In this document: piece after piece, positions 26,655-35,845 of the stretch
Position numbering within the stretch: position 1 is the stretch's first letter
Layout of the letters: every line of letters starts with the position of its first letter
Virus record (IMG/VR): IMGVR_UViG_3300030107_001017
Coordinates: 1-60,325 of that record
DNA: 60,325 nt
Origin: a virus
Lineage: Duplodnaviria > Caudoviricetes
Reading direction: 5' to 3' (one strand)
Notes under the pieces: generated by a model
The model's database searches: none
What the model was told of the DNA's origin: nothing
What the model saw: only the letters and a program-made list of their open reading frames with translations
Translations under genes and position numbers: made by a program

Positions 26655-27023
26655 TTAAGTAGTAACTAAAGTTAGGTCAGGTTTCTTGGGTTGTGCTGGG
26701 GGAACTTTTTCAAATGAATCCCAAAGATGCATATCACAGTCAATTATGACACTTGACAGCTCTGGAAAATAAATAGTGATTCTCATGTGTGGCTCACACG
26801 GTTTACCAGCCTTGTGCTCGTGTATCATAAGCTCTCTAGCCGGAAAATAAATTTCGTCAAATTTGCGGTAACCCATTGATTTTATTTTCTTTTTAGCGTC
26901 TTTCTTTAAGCGTTTGAGATCTAAGCGTCTGTTAAAACCTTTTCTGTCGGCAACTTGTTGTATTGTTTCTATGTCTTTCCAGACAAGCCTCTTCATATCA
27001 GACAGGCTATTTTCCATGATCAT
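26655..27023 (-). CDS. Hypothetical protein
   Basis: AGGAG Shine-Dalgarno; own promoter. Confidence 0.7.
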   Translation of the reverse strand: MIMENSLSDMKRLVWKDIETIQQVADRKGFNRRLDLKRLKKDAKKKIKSMGYRKFDEIYFPARELMIHEHKAGKPCEPHMRITIYFPELSSVIIDCDMHLWDSFEKVPPAQPKKPDLTLVTT

Positions 27024-27051
27024 ACAACTCTCCTTATTTATATAAAGGTTA

Positions 27052-27080
27052 ACTTTAATTAACTTATAAAAAATAATAAA
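27052..27080 (-). promoter_or_regulatory. Sigma70-like promoter
   Basis: TTTATT-N17-TAAAGT. Confidence 0.5.
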
Positions 27081-27093
27081 GCATAGATGCTTA

Positions 27094-27516
27094 TTATGCT
27101 AGATGTTGATCTTCTATTATTCTTTTTCTTAGGCTCGTTGAAGAAAATCCATGCTCTCTTTTATTATAGTACAAGGTGCCATCTTCTATGCTACAAAGTG
27201 CGCTACCTGTGAAGTTTCTACCAGAATAATCTTGACCGATTATTCTGATGTCCCACCGCACAGTCTTTAGAATGTCTAGCAGTTCTTCTTCAGTGTTGTA
27301 TAGAATAATTTCATCAACGTATCTGCAACCTCTGAGCTGAACTTGTCTTTCGACTATGCTCTGCACTGGTCTATTTTTAGTCGTAGGTCTATCTATTGTA
27401 GGGTCACTTTGTAACCCTACAATCAAATAGTCACAAACAGTTTTTGCTTCCTCAAGCATGAACACATGCCCAGCATGAAAAAGATCAAAAGAACCAAAAG
27501 TGATTCCTATCTTCAC
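27094..27516 (-). CDS. TagD-like glycerol-3-phosphate cytidylyltransferase
   Basis: TFGSFDLFHAGH (HxGH), LIVGLQSD, YVDEI, GQDY, SSTSLR. Confidence 0.85.
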   Translation of the reverse strand: MKIGITFGSFDLFHAGHVFMLEEAKTVCDYLIVGLQSDPTIDRPTTKNRPVQSIVERQVQLRGCRYVDEIILYNTEEELLDILKTVRWDIRIIGQDYSGRNFTGSALCSIEDGTLYYNKREHGFSSTSLRKRIIEDQHLA

Positions 27517-27698
27517 TAGGCCATGTCCTCATAACGACCATCAAGCATGGCTGTTATTTCATCTTCAAAGGCGTTTATTTCTTTAAGCACCTCTTGAGTT
27601 TTGTAGTGAGCACCTAATTTAGCCCTGACTATTCCTCGAACTCTGTCGAGTATGTCTTCGTAACCATCGTAAGATTTTATTTCTGTTTTATGTTTCAT
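27516..27698 (-). CDS. Hypothetical 60-aa protein
   Basis: Start re-assigned to MKHKTEI using the GGAGG Shine-Dalgarno. Confidence 0.6.
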   Translation of the reverse strand: MKHKTEIKSYDGYEDILDRVRGIVRAKLGAHYKTQEVLKEINAFEDEITAMLDGRYEDMA

Positions 27699-28401
27699 TT
27701 CCACCTCCGTATAACCAGAATACCAATAAATATCGATCACCGTCTTCCTCAACAGGTAGTCCACGGTGCATGTGTGTAAAGCTAGGAAAGAACAAAGCGT
27801 GACCATTCGGTAATGGTTCTACCGTGGTTCGGCCATGAAACTCAGTGCCACCACCAGTGTAGTTTCCTGTGTTCAGAGGAACAACCATACTGATGTCAGC
27901 AGTTTGATCATGATGCCAAGCCCCCTGCTTTTTATCTTGTATGTTGTAGTTAGCAATCTGTATGCTTGCTGCTGCGTTGCTATACCGTTGCCAAATTGAC
28001 ATAAAGATTGGGTTCATTACATTAAAAACTACGCCAAGCATCGAGTTGAATAACTCAGGGCATTTTTCATGTAAAACGATTTCAGGTATTTGTCTCAGCT
28101 CGTCCTCACCCTCGTTAGGGGCAAAGGAAAACTGAGCCTTCATATTTTCTATTTCATCCAACATTGTGGAGCAAAACTCTTCCGTAAACAAAGGGACTGA
28201 GTATATATCGTGACCATGGTCAGTGACATATTCTTGTAGTATGTTTTCTACACTGAGCTGACCGTCACTTTCCTGAAACGCCTTCAAGCTGTCCATAGAA
28301 TCTCTGGTTAACTCAAGAGTAGTCTTATCAAGCATCCACTCTGCTTTTATGGTTAAAATAAAGTTTTTTACTAGATACGGTGGGGTTGGAGGGGGCTGCA
28401 T
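27688..28401 (-). CDS. 2OG-Fe(II) dioxygenase, lysyl/prolyl-hydroxylase-like
   Basis: PLFTEEFC...WHHD...VPLN..YTGGGTEF...HMHRGLPV..GDRYLLVFW. Confidence 0.85.
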   Translation of the reverse strand: MQPPPTPPYLVKNFILTIKAEWMLDKTTLELTRDSMDSLKAFQESDGQLSVENILQEYVTDHGHDIYSVPLFTEEFCSTMLDEIENMKAQFSFAPNEGEDELRQIPEIVLHEKCPELFNSMLGVVFNVMNPIFMSIWQRYSNAAASIQIANYNIQDKKQGAWHHDQTADISMVVPLNTGNYTGGGTEFHGRTTVEPLPNGHALFFPSFTHMHRGLPVEEDGDRYLLVFWLYGGGNET

Positions 28402-28477
28402 TTACGCTCCACTAAATTCTTTAGGTTAGGTAGGGTAACTATAAGGCTAGTTAAAAACACGCTCCAGCGGCCTTGCA

Positions 28478-29065
28478 TTACGCCAGTATTTCCGCGTATC
28501 CACACTTGATATCGTATTTGATATCAGCTAGTGTTATCTCGGGGTGTTTTTCTAAAATCGTACTGAGCTTAGACCTCCTATACAACGCGAGACGAGCAGC
28601 GTTTTTCTCAGACTTAGGCTGTTTACCTGTTGCTGCTATCTTTGAGCTAGGGTCTATGGTGACTCTGGTGCGCTTAGTTGGTTCTGGTTTTTTCACTGTA
28701 GCGGCCATCTTTTCTCCTGTTTTAGTTTCAGTTTGTTTTTCTTCAGGCTTCCTTAGATGAGCAGCCTTGCCAAAATCTTTTTCTTCTGCGGGTTTCACGA
28801 AAGGTCTAAAATAGTTCCAAAAAATATTGTGGGCTTCTTTTCTACTTTCAAATGTTTTTCTCTCGCCTGTATGCAGTTCGTAAATTTCCGTGGCTTTTTG
28901 TGTAGATAGCCAAGGAGGAGCGGAGTACTTAGCAGGGTCACTAAAGTATGCTGAACCTGCTATCAGGTCACCTATCTTTGAGTTGTCGGTTAAAACTATT
29001 CTAGTCCAGTCGATGCCATCGGGGGTGTTAGCAACAAAAACTAAAGTCTCTACAGGGTCGTGCAT
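28478..29065 (-). CDS. Two-domain protein with C-terminal DIKYD-domain paralogue 3
   Basis: C-terminus ATGKQPKSEKNAAR...LADIKYDIKCGY. Confidence 0.75.
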   Translation of the reverse strand: MHDPVETLVFVANTPDGIDWTRIVLTDNSKIGDLIAGSAYFSDPAKYSAPPWLSTQKATEIYELHTGERKTFESRKEAHNIFWNYFRPFVKPAEEKDFGKAAHLRKPEEKQTETKTGEKMAATVKKPEPTKRTRVTIDPSSKIAATGKQPKSEKNAARLALYRRSKLSTILEKHPEITLADIKYDIKCGYAEILA

Positions 29066-29111
29066 GTGGTCCTCTTAATCTTGTTTCTCGTTTCTTATTT
29101 AACCTGAGTTA

Positions 29112-29140
29112 AGGTTAAAAATCAAGGACAGAAAAGTAAA
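29112..29140 (-). promoter_or_regulatory. Sigma70-like promoter
   Basis: TTTACT-N17-TAACCT. Confidence 0.6.
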
Positions 29141-29174
29141 GGAACAGTGTCAATAAGTTTGACACCGTTCCTTT
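29132..29174 (-). terminator. Hairpin terminator after the DUF932 gene
   Basis: AAAGGAAC-N-GTGTCAA / TTGACAC-N-GTTCCTTT followed by ACTTTT. Confidence 0.7.
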
Positions 29175-29180
29175 GGTGGT

Positions 29181-30209
29181 CTATGCAGCTTCGGCGTACT
29201 CTATTGCCTTGTTCATAGCCTTTTGCTTGAGGGAGGCACGGTTACCGAACCATGCGTTATGGAGGGAAGCGTCGCGGTCATGACCCCACTTATGGTCAAC
29301 CACAAACGTAACAGCATTCATAGCCCCCCACCAAGTACCTTTAGAGGACTTGAGGGTAGCTCCGGGCTGTTCATCTATAGCTTGGTGTACCATGCTAGGG
29401 ATACGCTTAAACTCATCAACCATAGATTGACGGGTAGCGATGGCGCGAGTGTCACTCATCGTTTCTATTTCCTTCTGGGCTTTTAGTAAGTCCGGTTGAA
29501 ACAGGTCAGCGATATAAGTAACGACTGAGTTTTTGTTAAACTTCTTAGAGCTAAGAAACTCTGCGCTTTCTTTAAACTCTTTCATTCTCTCACCCGCTAG
29601 GCCGAGGGCTTCTTCAGCTGCGCCGAAAACCTCACTGTCTAACGCTTTAACATGAGGCATCTTAAACCCTACTCTAGTGCGGTCAGCTAGAGCCATGGTC
29701 AGCGTATTGTTACAAACTACGCGAATGGGCGTAAACCGTATCTCATTAGACTTACCCCACTTATGAGACACGCTCACTAGTAAATAACCCAGCACACGGT
29801 CGTCGCCAGGAAGGGTAAAATCTTTACTGACGTTAGCTAACCCCCACACCTGCTCGCCTCCTTTGAGAGAGCCTGCAGTTTCCATGGTCATTTGGCCAGC
29901 GTCGGTAAACTTTTTGAAAAATTCAAAAGCGTCCCTGTTTTGACTGGGTACGAACCGTTTACCACATGGGCCAAAAGTTTTGTTATCGCTGTCCCTGACT
30001 AACACGTAGTAGTCCTCTACACCGATTAAATCGTTAGAGGCGTTTACGTCGGGGTCCGCGTGTGTAAATAAATGACGCTTACTTACTGTCCAATCAAGCT
30101 CAGCAGCAATCAACATTTCTTCAGGCGTTAGGTTATCCTCAACCTTAACACCCAGGCCATGCCAAGGTACTTCTCCAGCATAAGCCATTGTTTCTACAGC
30201 AGCAACCAT
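29181..30209 (-). CDS. DUF932/DUF945-family (LGT_TIGR03299-like) protein
   Basis: MAYAGEVPWHGLG...QNRDAF...ETAGSL.GG...TPIRVVCNNTL...GTWWGAMNAVT. Confidence 0.9.
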   Translation of the reverse strand: MVAAVETMAYAGEVPWHGLGVKVEDNLTPEEMLIAAELDWTVSKRHLFTHADPDVNASNDLIGVEDYYVLVRDSDNKTFGPCGKRFVPSQNRDAFEFFKKFTDAGQMTMETAGSLKGGEQVWGLANVSKDFTLPGDDRVLGYLLVSVSHKWGKSNEIRFTPIRVVCNNTLTMALADRTRVGFKMPHVKALDSEVFGAAEEALGLAGERMKEFKESAEFLSSKKFNKNSVVTYIADLFQPDLLKAQKEIETMSDTRAIATRQSMVDEFKRIPSMVHQAIDEQPGATLKSSKGTWWGAMNAVTFVVDHKWGHDRDASLHNAWFGNRASLKQKAMNKAIEYAEAA

Positions 30210-30314
30210 AAGTTTCTCCTTTCTTTATTTAGTAGCGGTTAGCTGTATGCTTGGCCTATAACTACTAAATATAGGGCTATGATATATTGGTTAACTTAAG
30301 AGTATAGGATAATC

Positions 30315-30707
30315 TTAAAGAATATTAGCAACAATGTCTAGCCAATCTTCAAAGGTTATCACAGCGGTTTTTGTCAAGTCTCTTTCACCGCTTGTTAGAA
30401 CATAGAGGGGAAGACAAACTCTGATTGGCTGGTGGTTGTACTTCCATATCAGAACAGGAATAGTTTCTCCACACGCAGCAGTTACCTGTTCCCACCAAAC
30501 ATCTCTATACCAGTTCCCATTTTGATATCGTTTACACTCTATTGTGTGCTTGGGAATATTTAAATCGCCTAAATCTTTTTCTTGATACTGCTCTAGGTTT
30601 CTTTTGACTTTGTAATCAATTCCTTTTTCTTCAAAAAATGTATTGAGTTTATTCGCAATGTCTCTTTCAAAACTTGCACCTTTGTTTCTTGAATTTATTT
30701 TTCCCAT
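30315..30707 (-). CDS. PD-(D/E)XK Holliday junction resolvase-like nuclease
   Basis: SRNKGASFER...GDL...IECKR...WWEQ. Confidence 0.85.
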   Translation of the reverse strand: MGKINSRNKGASFERDIANKLNTFFEEKGIDYKVKRNLEQYQEKDLGDLNIPKHTIECKRYQNGNWYRDVWWEQVTAACGETIPVLIWKYNHQPIRVCLPLYVLTSGERDLTKTAVITFEDWLDIVANIL

Positions 30708-31003
30708 TACTTTTTAGTCTTTATCAGTCTGATCTTTTTAAGTGACATCCAATCACGCATCAACTCGTTAAGAGTTTTAACATTCGCATCTGGGAACTCC
30801 TCTCTGTAGCTTTTGTACACATTATTGTATTCTTCAAGACCTTTATAGTAGTTACCGTTGCCGAGTTTACAGAACCGAATAATCTGCCAAATCCTCTGTT
30901 TAGTAAGACCATACTTCAGTCCGAGATCCTCCATCGTAATGTTGCTATTTGTGTAGGTCATGTGGACATTAAAGTATAGATCTTTTAACTCACGTCTTGT
31001 CAT
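30707..31003 (-). CDS. Sigma70 region-4-like HTH protein
   Basis: TMEDLGLKYGLTKQRIWQII; start placed at MTRREL. Confidence 0.7.
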   Translation of the reverse strand: MTRRELKDLYFNVHMTYTNSNITMEDLGLKYGLTKQRIWQIIRFCKLGNGNYYKGLEEYNNVYKSYREEFPDANVKTLNELMRDWMSLKKIRLIKTKK

Positions 31004-32876
31004 TGAAATAGTCCTCGTAGTGTATAACATCACCCCAGTTTTTACCTATCTCTGCGTCTACTTTATTAGGTACTTTTAATTCAACGCAGTCTCTCATAAT
31101 CTCTATGGCTTTTTCACAATCTTTCTTATCGCTTACAGAAATGTTTAGCTCGTCGTGCACCTGAGTGTGAGCTAAGAAACCTTCCTTAGCCAAGTCAACC
31201 ATGGCTTTTTTAGTCATGTCTGCTGCTGAACCTTGTATTAAACGGTTCATTGCTTTATAGGTGTAGGCTCTTTTTAATCTGCCGCCATATTCATCCATAG
31301 CGCGTTCTAACGGTAACGGCAGCTCCCTGCGGTCAAACGGTTCATAGAGGTTAAATCGGCATTTACGGCCCAATAAAGTTTTAACAAAACCCCTGTTAGA
31401 ACCCATACGAGCCGCAGAGTCGCGTAGGCCACGGATAAACGGTACACGCTCATGATACTGGTCAAATAATATTTCAGCCTCCTCTGGGCTGATTCCTAGC
31501 TGAGTGGTTAGCTTATCTTTACCCATACCGTAGCTCAGTCCTAGGTTGATAATCTTAGCTTCCTTACGACTTATGTTAGCCATGTCCGCTACAATCTGGT
31601 GAAAATCTGCGTCATCATAGGCATACTCCAGAGCAGCTTCTTCCGCACCTTCCTGCTGAGTAAGAACAGAGTAGTGAACCGTAAGGCGTGGTTCTTGTTG
31701 AGAGTAATCAAAACACCCCCAATGAGAATCTTGTTCCGGTATAAAAAGACTGCGTATTAATTTACCAATCATAGGGTCACGTGCAGGGACTTGCTGAAGG
31801 TTAGGGTTAGAGCAACTGAACCTTCCTGTAACTGTGCCTCCGTTATCAGATCTTAGTGGGTGTAGCTCACCGTGTATTCTGCCGTCAACAAGATGCTCTA
31901 GTATCATCTTATCTATGAATGTAGTTCTGGCTTTGTTAAGTTTTCTAGCTTTGGCGATAGCCATGGGAAGTTTATGGTCGTGTTCCTCTAGCCAATTAGC
32001 AACAAAACTAGGTGCCTGAGTCTTAGGTGTTTTAGGGTAGTCTAGACCAGCTCTATCAAAAACTTGAGCTAGAGATTGAGCTGCCCATAGGTCAGGTTCT
32101 ACTCCATACCACCGTTTAATTTCTTTTGTTATTTTATTCTCTTCTCTTTGCAGCTGTTTCTTTACCTGATCAGCTTTATCTACATCTATCCTCACCCCCA
32201 TGCTACGCATGTTTATGAGTATGGGTATGAGAGAGGTTTCTAGTTTATAGATGTCTGCAACGTCTTCTGTTGCCACACCTTCTTTTAATATTTGCCACAG
32301 TCTATAGGTCAGGTCGGCATCCTGTTCTGCATAAGCTCCTACATACTTAGCCTCGAGTTTATACATCTCAGCTTTGGGATCAACACCAAAAGCCTGTGCA
32401 GCTTCGTCCAGCATAGACTCATCTTTTTCTTCACGGAGGTATAGCTTACCCAGCGTATTTAAAGAGTAGCTGTACTGGTTCTCATTCAGTAGAGGCGCAG
32501 CCATCATAGTATCGTGTATGGTTCCACTTATCTCGTAGCCTGCACGTTTTAACCAGCCTACATCGTACTGAGCGTTGTGGAATATTTTTTCACTAGGAGC
32601 GTCTAGCTGTTTTTGAAACCATCTACGCACTACCTCCCCGTCTAGATTACCACCAGCTGTGTGAGCAATAGGAAAGTAACCCTTGTACCCTTCAGTAGCT
32701 ACGGCTATGCCTATGATATCTCCTCTGTCCTTGAACGCCCACCCTGGACCATGAGACATAAGCCACGGGTCACAAGTCTCTAGGTCAATGGCTAACTCTT
32801 TTACGTTAGTCAAGTCAGGAAAAGAGGTTGGTGGTTTCCAGTCAGCCTCGGGTGGGAACAATAGTTCTTGAGTCAT
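30990..32876 (-). CDS. polA: DNA polymerase family A with 3'-5' exonuclease
   Basis: DLET, FHNAQYD, YAEQDA, TGRFSCSNPNLQQ, DYSQQEPR, RKEAKIINLGLSYG, QVHDEL. Confidence 0.97.
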   Translation of the reverse strand: MTQELLFPPEADWKPPTSFPDLTNVKELAIDLETCDPWLMSHGPGWAFKDRGDIIGIAVATEGYKGYFPIAHTAGGNLDGEVVRRWFQKQLDAPSEKIFHNAQYDVGWLKRAGYEISGTIHDTMMAAPLLNENQYSYSLNTLGKLYLREEKDESMLDEAAQAFGVDPKAEMYKLEAKYVGAYAEQDADLTYRLWQILKEGVATEDVADIYKLETSLIPILINMRSMGVRIDVDKADQVKKQLQREENKITKEIKRWYGVEPDLWAAQSLAQVFDRAGLDYPKTPKTQAPSFVANWLEEHDHKLPMAIAKARKLNKARTTFIDKMILEHLVDGRIHGELHPLRSDNGGTVTGRFSCSNPNLQQVPARDPMIGKLIRSLFIPEQDSHWGCFDYSQQEPRLTVHYSVLTQQEGAEEAALEYAYDDADFHQIVADMANISRKEAKIINLGLSYGMGKDKLTTQLGISPEEAEILFDQYHERVPFIRGLRDSAARMGSNRGFVKTLLGRKCRFNLYEPFDRRELPLPLERAMDEYGGRLKRAYTYKAMNRLIQGSAADMTKKAMVDLAKEGFLAHTQVHDELNISVSDKKDCEKAIEIMRDCVELKVPNKVDAEIGKNWGDVIHYEDYFNDKT

Positions 32877-33557
32877 TTACGCTGCAGCCTCCCTACACAT
32901 ATTTTGTTTACCGAAATAACACCACTTACACTTGAACTTAGAAGGGTTGGCAGGAAACTCTTCAGCCGTGGTCATAGCGAGTGCTCGTTGATTAAGTTTT
33001 TCTTGTTTGGCTTTTATGCTTTGTGGTGTGTAGATATACCTATCTATCTTACCATGGTCCAAGTACCACATTTCTGTCTGGATACTTTCTAGTTCTGGAT
33101 AACGGTTTAATGCTACGGCACCGTAAAGCTCACACTGCTCTCTGTGTGTTTCTTGATTACCGTCGTAACGTCCTGTCTTAAAATCAATAACACGAGCCTC
33201 TTTAGAGATTCCTTCCTCGTACACAAAGGCGTCTACTTTAGCTCTACCCCATGTGTCTTCTTCAAACCAACCAGTTTTCTGCCAGTTTTTATCTACAGCC
33301 CAGTCACTTTCACAAAACACATGGCCGTGAATGTACAAGTCTCTTAGAACTTCAAACGCCTCTTCAAACTCTTTGAGCTGAGAAGGTATCTCTTCGTAAT
33401 TACCTCTGATATATTCTTCACAGAGTTTGTGCATATCCTTTCCTCTATCCATTGCTGGACTTCCAGGTTCTTTTATCTTTTTGATAAACTTAAACTCTGC
33501 TTGTTTAGGGCACTTTTCAAAACAGCTTAGTCGGCTGTAAGACCATTGTTCAATCAT
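32877..33557 (-). CDS. Cas4/RecB-like PD-(D/E)XK exonuclease
   Basis: WSYSRL..FEKCP, KVD, IDFKTG, Q.ELY, C-terminal CKWC...C. Confidence 0.9.
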   Translation of the reverse strand: MIEQWSYSRLSCFEKCPKQAEFKFIKKIKEPGSPAMDRGKDMHKLCEEYIRGNYEEIPSQLKEFEEAFEVLRDLYIHGHVFCESDWAVDKNWQKTGWFEEDTWGRAKVDAFVYEEGISKEARVIDFKTGRYDGNQETHREQCELYGAVALNRYPELESIQTEMWYLDHGKIDRYIYTPQSIKAKQEKLNQRALAMTTAEEFPANPSKFKCKWCYFGKQNMCREAAA

Positions 33558-34611
33558 GACTACTCCAGGTATATTCGTTGTCTTTCATTCGTCTACTAAA
33601 CCAATCCCAGCATACTTTTCTCCAGTCGCTGGCTTCACACTTGGCTATTTCTAGTATAGCTTCTTTCTGTTCGTCCAACTTCCAGTGCCACCAAGCGTCC
33701 TGTATAGGCACAGCTACATCTGAGAAAAATGGTTCACTGTATTCAATATCCTTTTGAAAAGGAGTCCTGCCCAAGAATTTTAATAAGTCTAAATCCCAGT
33801 CCTCTATGGTGGCGTTCACCATAGGGTAGTATGTTTGGTTTGTGCGGTATGGGTTTGAGTTGATGAGTTCTTTCATTGTGAAAAAATCAAACGCATCGAT
33901 TTCTGAAAACTTGTCCACTAGTTTATTAAACACATCTGTGTAGGCGTGATAGTTGTCGCTCACTTGATAATACTTACCGACACCCACACGCAAAGCCCCA
34001 GCCATGTACTCTTGCAACATTGACATGTGTACAGCGTTGGCCCCATACGCTCCCCAGATGATATCGTTTGACCTATTACAGACCGTCATCTGTAGACGAT
34101 TATCAGCATCAATCTTGAAATAGATAGAAGTATTACACGGTACATCCTTACCGTCTCTGTCTAAATCTGATACTGCGTCCCACATCTGTAAAACACAGCG
34201 TCTATCTGTTGGGTCTTCTTTTAGTCTTTTTATGATTATACTGAGTTGGTCTATGGACTGATCATTTGTCCGGTCTGTCCAGTACTCTCTCCATCTCCAG
34301 CCATACGCACCCCACAGAGTTTTACCGTCATCGCTGTACCGCTTCATACCCTTGTTGAATTGGTAGACATAGTCCAAGTCATGTCTACCCCCAAGCATCC
34401 ACAAACTCTCCATAAAATGAAAGAATGGGTTAGCATCTCTCTGCTCCCAAAACAACACTCTTTCTTGTGGTCTGTGGTATACCGTAGTGACGGGACACTC
34501 AGACTCTCTCACCGGACCATTCCTACTGTCTCTAGTTATACCATGAACCTCGAGAAGTTCTAACCCTCTCAGTAGAGCATCGTGTACGTTTCTTACCTCA
34601 ATTACTTGCAT
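33550..34611 (-). CDS. Thymidylate synthase homologue, probable dUMP hydroxymethylase
   Basis: SRNGPV, RDANPFFHFMESLWMLGGR, GAYG, catalytic PCN, RSND..WGAYGAN (the Asn indicates dUMP specificity). Confidence 0.85.
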   Translation of the reverse strand: MQVIEVRNVHDALLRGLELLEVHGITRDSRNGPVRESECPVTTVYHRPQERVLFWEQRDANPFFHFMESLWMLGGRHDLDYVYQFNKGMKRYSDDGKTLWGAYGWRWREYWTDRTNDQSIDQLSIIIKRLKEDPTDRRCVLQMWDAVSDLDRDGKDVPCNTSIYFKIDADNRLQMTVCNRSNDIIWGAYGANAVHMSMLQEYMAGALRVGVGKYYQVSDNYHAYTDVFNKLVDKFSEIDAFDFFTMKELINSNPYRTNQTYYPMVNATIEDWDLDLLKFLGRTPFQKDIEYSEPFFSDVAVPIQDAWWHWKLDEQKEAILEIAKCEASDWRKVCWDWFSRRMKDNEYTWSSHD

Positions 34612-35383
34612 TTTCTACCCCTTCTTTATATGCTTTTTTCCAACCTATAACCACGTCTTTACGGGGCAAGCCGTTCCAAGCTGTTTTAGTTTGTTTTTCT
34701 ACCACCTTTACACAGGTTGGGTGAAGCTCGTTCAGCCTTTCCGCTCCTGCATTATGTACATCTATCGTTCGCCATTCACTACACCCACCGTCGGCGTTAG
34801 AGGATTTTTGACCTTGTGCGTAGTAGTAACTTACCTTACACGCTTTCCCTCTTCTAAGAAGCTGTAGAGAAATATCAAAATCTTCCATCACCTGTGTTCG
34901 ACCCCACTCTACATCAGAGGGGAAGGCGTCAAGGTTATACCCCAGCACTCGCATATATCTGGTATTCTCAACCGATAGAGTCTCTACACGATTATTACCT
35001 TCTCTAGCACTTACCCCAACATGAGCATAACCTTGATCCATCCACTCATCTAATAACCCGAACAAGGCAGGATACTCACTAGAATCTAGATACCTCAAAT
35101 GCCAGTCTGTCGGGTTTTTACGAATATAAAAACGTAAGTCATCATCTAACATGACAATGCGTGGATCGTCTGTGTTCTCCACTATGTACTTCCTCTTTGG
35201 GCCTATACCTGTCATCCCTTCAGGAATAACCATCTTAGGTGTGTCTGGGTAGTTGTGGTACTGGTCCAGTTCATCTGGGTCTACGACTAGAACCACAGAG
35301 CCGTCAGTTTGCATGCTTTTAGGAAACCAGTTCAAGGTCTCCTGATTATATGCTCTACCCCTTGTGGGGATGTATATCTTCAT
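34598..35383 (-). CDS. TAGT/GREB1-like DNA glycosyltransferase (GT-A)
   Basis: IYIPTRGR...VMLDDDL (DxD)...MEDFDISLQLL..G...GGCS. Confidence 0.8.
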   Translation of the reverse strand: MKIYIPTRGRAYNQETLNWFPKSMQTDGSVVLVVDPDELDQYHNYPDTPKMVIPEGMTGIGPKRKYIVENTDDPRIVMLDDDLRFYIRKNPTDWHLRYLDSSEYPALFGLLDEWMDQGYAHVGVSAREGNNRVETLSVENTRYMRVLGYNLDAFPSDVEWGRTQVMEDFDISLQLLRRGKACKVSYYYAQGQKSSNADGGCSEWRTIDVHNAGAERLNELHPTCVKVVEKQTKTAWNGLPRKDVVIGWKKAYKEGVENASN

Positions 35384-35844
35384 TACTTTTCTCCTGTGCT
35401 GCCGAAGCCGCCTTTGCTTCTGTTAGTTGTTTCACTGAACTCTAATACAGGGGTCCAGTGAACATTCACCACAGGTATAACCACCAGTTGTGCTATTCTT
35501 TGGCCCACTTCTACATGAAACGATTGAGTGCCGTTGTTAGTTAGAGGGACAATCAATTCCCCTTGATAGTCCGAGTCTATTATACCAAGTGTATTAGTCA
35601 GGTGTATCTTTTTTATACCCAAGCTAGAACGAGGGACAAGTAATCCACACAACATAGGGTCATTTAGAAAAATAGCCAGACCAGTGTGGAAAGAGTGAGA
35701 CTCTCCTGGTTTCAGGATATACCCTTCCCCCGAACGTAAGTCCAATCCTGCTGAACCTGAGGTAGCGTAGCCAGGCAGAATCTCTTGACCACACTTATCT
35801 GGTAACTTTGTGTCAATTAGCTTGATTTCTATTTTACTTTGCAT
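35383..35844 (-). CDS. dut: Trimeric dUTPase
   Basis: GSAGLDL, PRSSLG, GIIDSDYQGE, RIAQLV, RSKGGFGSTG; start placed at MQSKIE. Confidence 0.95.
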   Translation of the reverse strand: MQSKIEIKLIDTKLPDKCGQEILPGYATSGSAGLDLRSGEGYILKPGESHSFHTGLAIFLNDPMLCGLLVPRSSLGIKKIHLTNTLGIIDSDYQGELIVPLTNNGTQSFHVEVGQRIAQLVVIPVVNVHWTPVLEFSETTNRSKGGFGSTGEK

Positions 35845-35845
35845 T

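Noticed and set aside
27516-27806. Long starts given in the ORF track for 27516, 35383, 57355, 23708, 30707 and 58612
   Set aside because: They overlap upstream coding sequence; downstream ATGs fit RBS position, operon packing or domain boundaries better.
30990-32876. Intein, intron or DnaJ-type insertion in PolA
   Set aside because: 628 aa with contiguous motifs and no CxxCxGxG repeats.
33550-34611. dCMP hydroxymethylase or ordinary ThyA
   Set aside because: Asn at the specificity position argues against dCMP. The RDANPFFH motif and neighbouring genes argue against plain ThyA, though this is not excluded without an assay.
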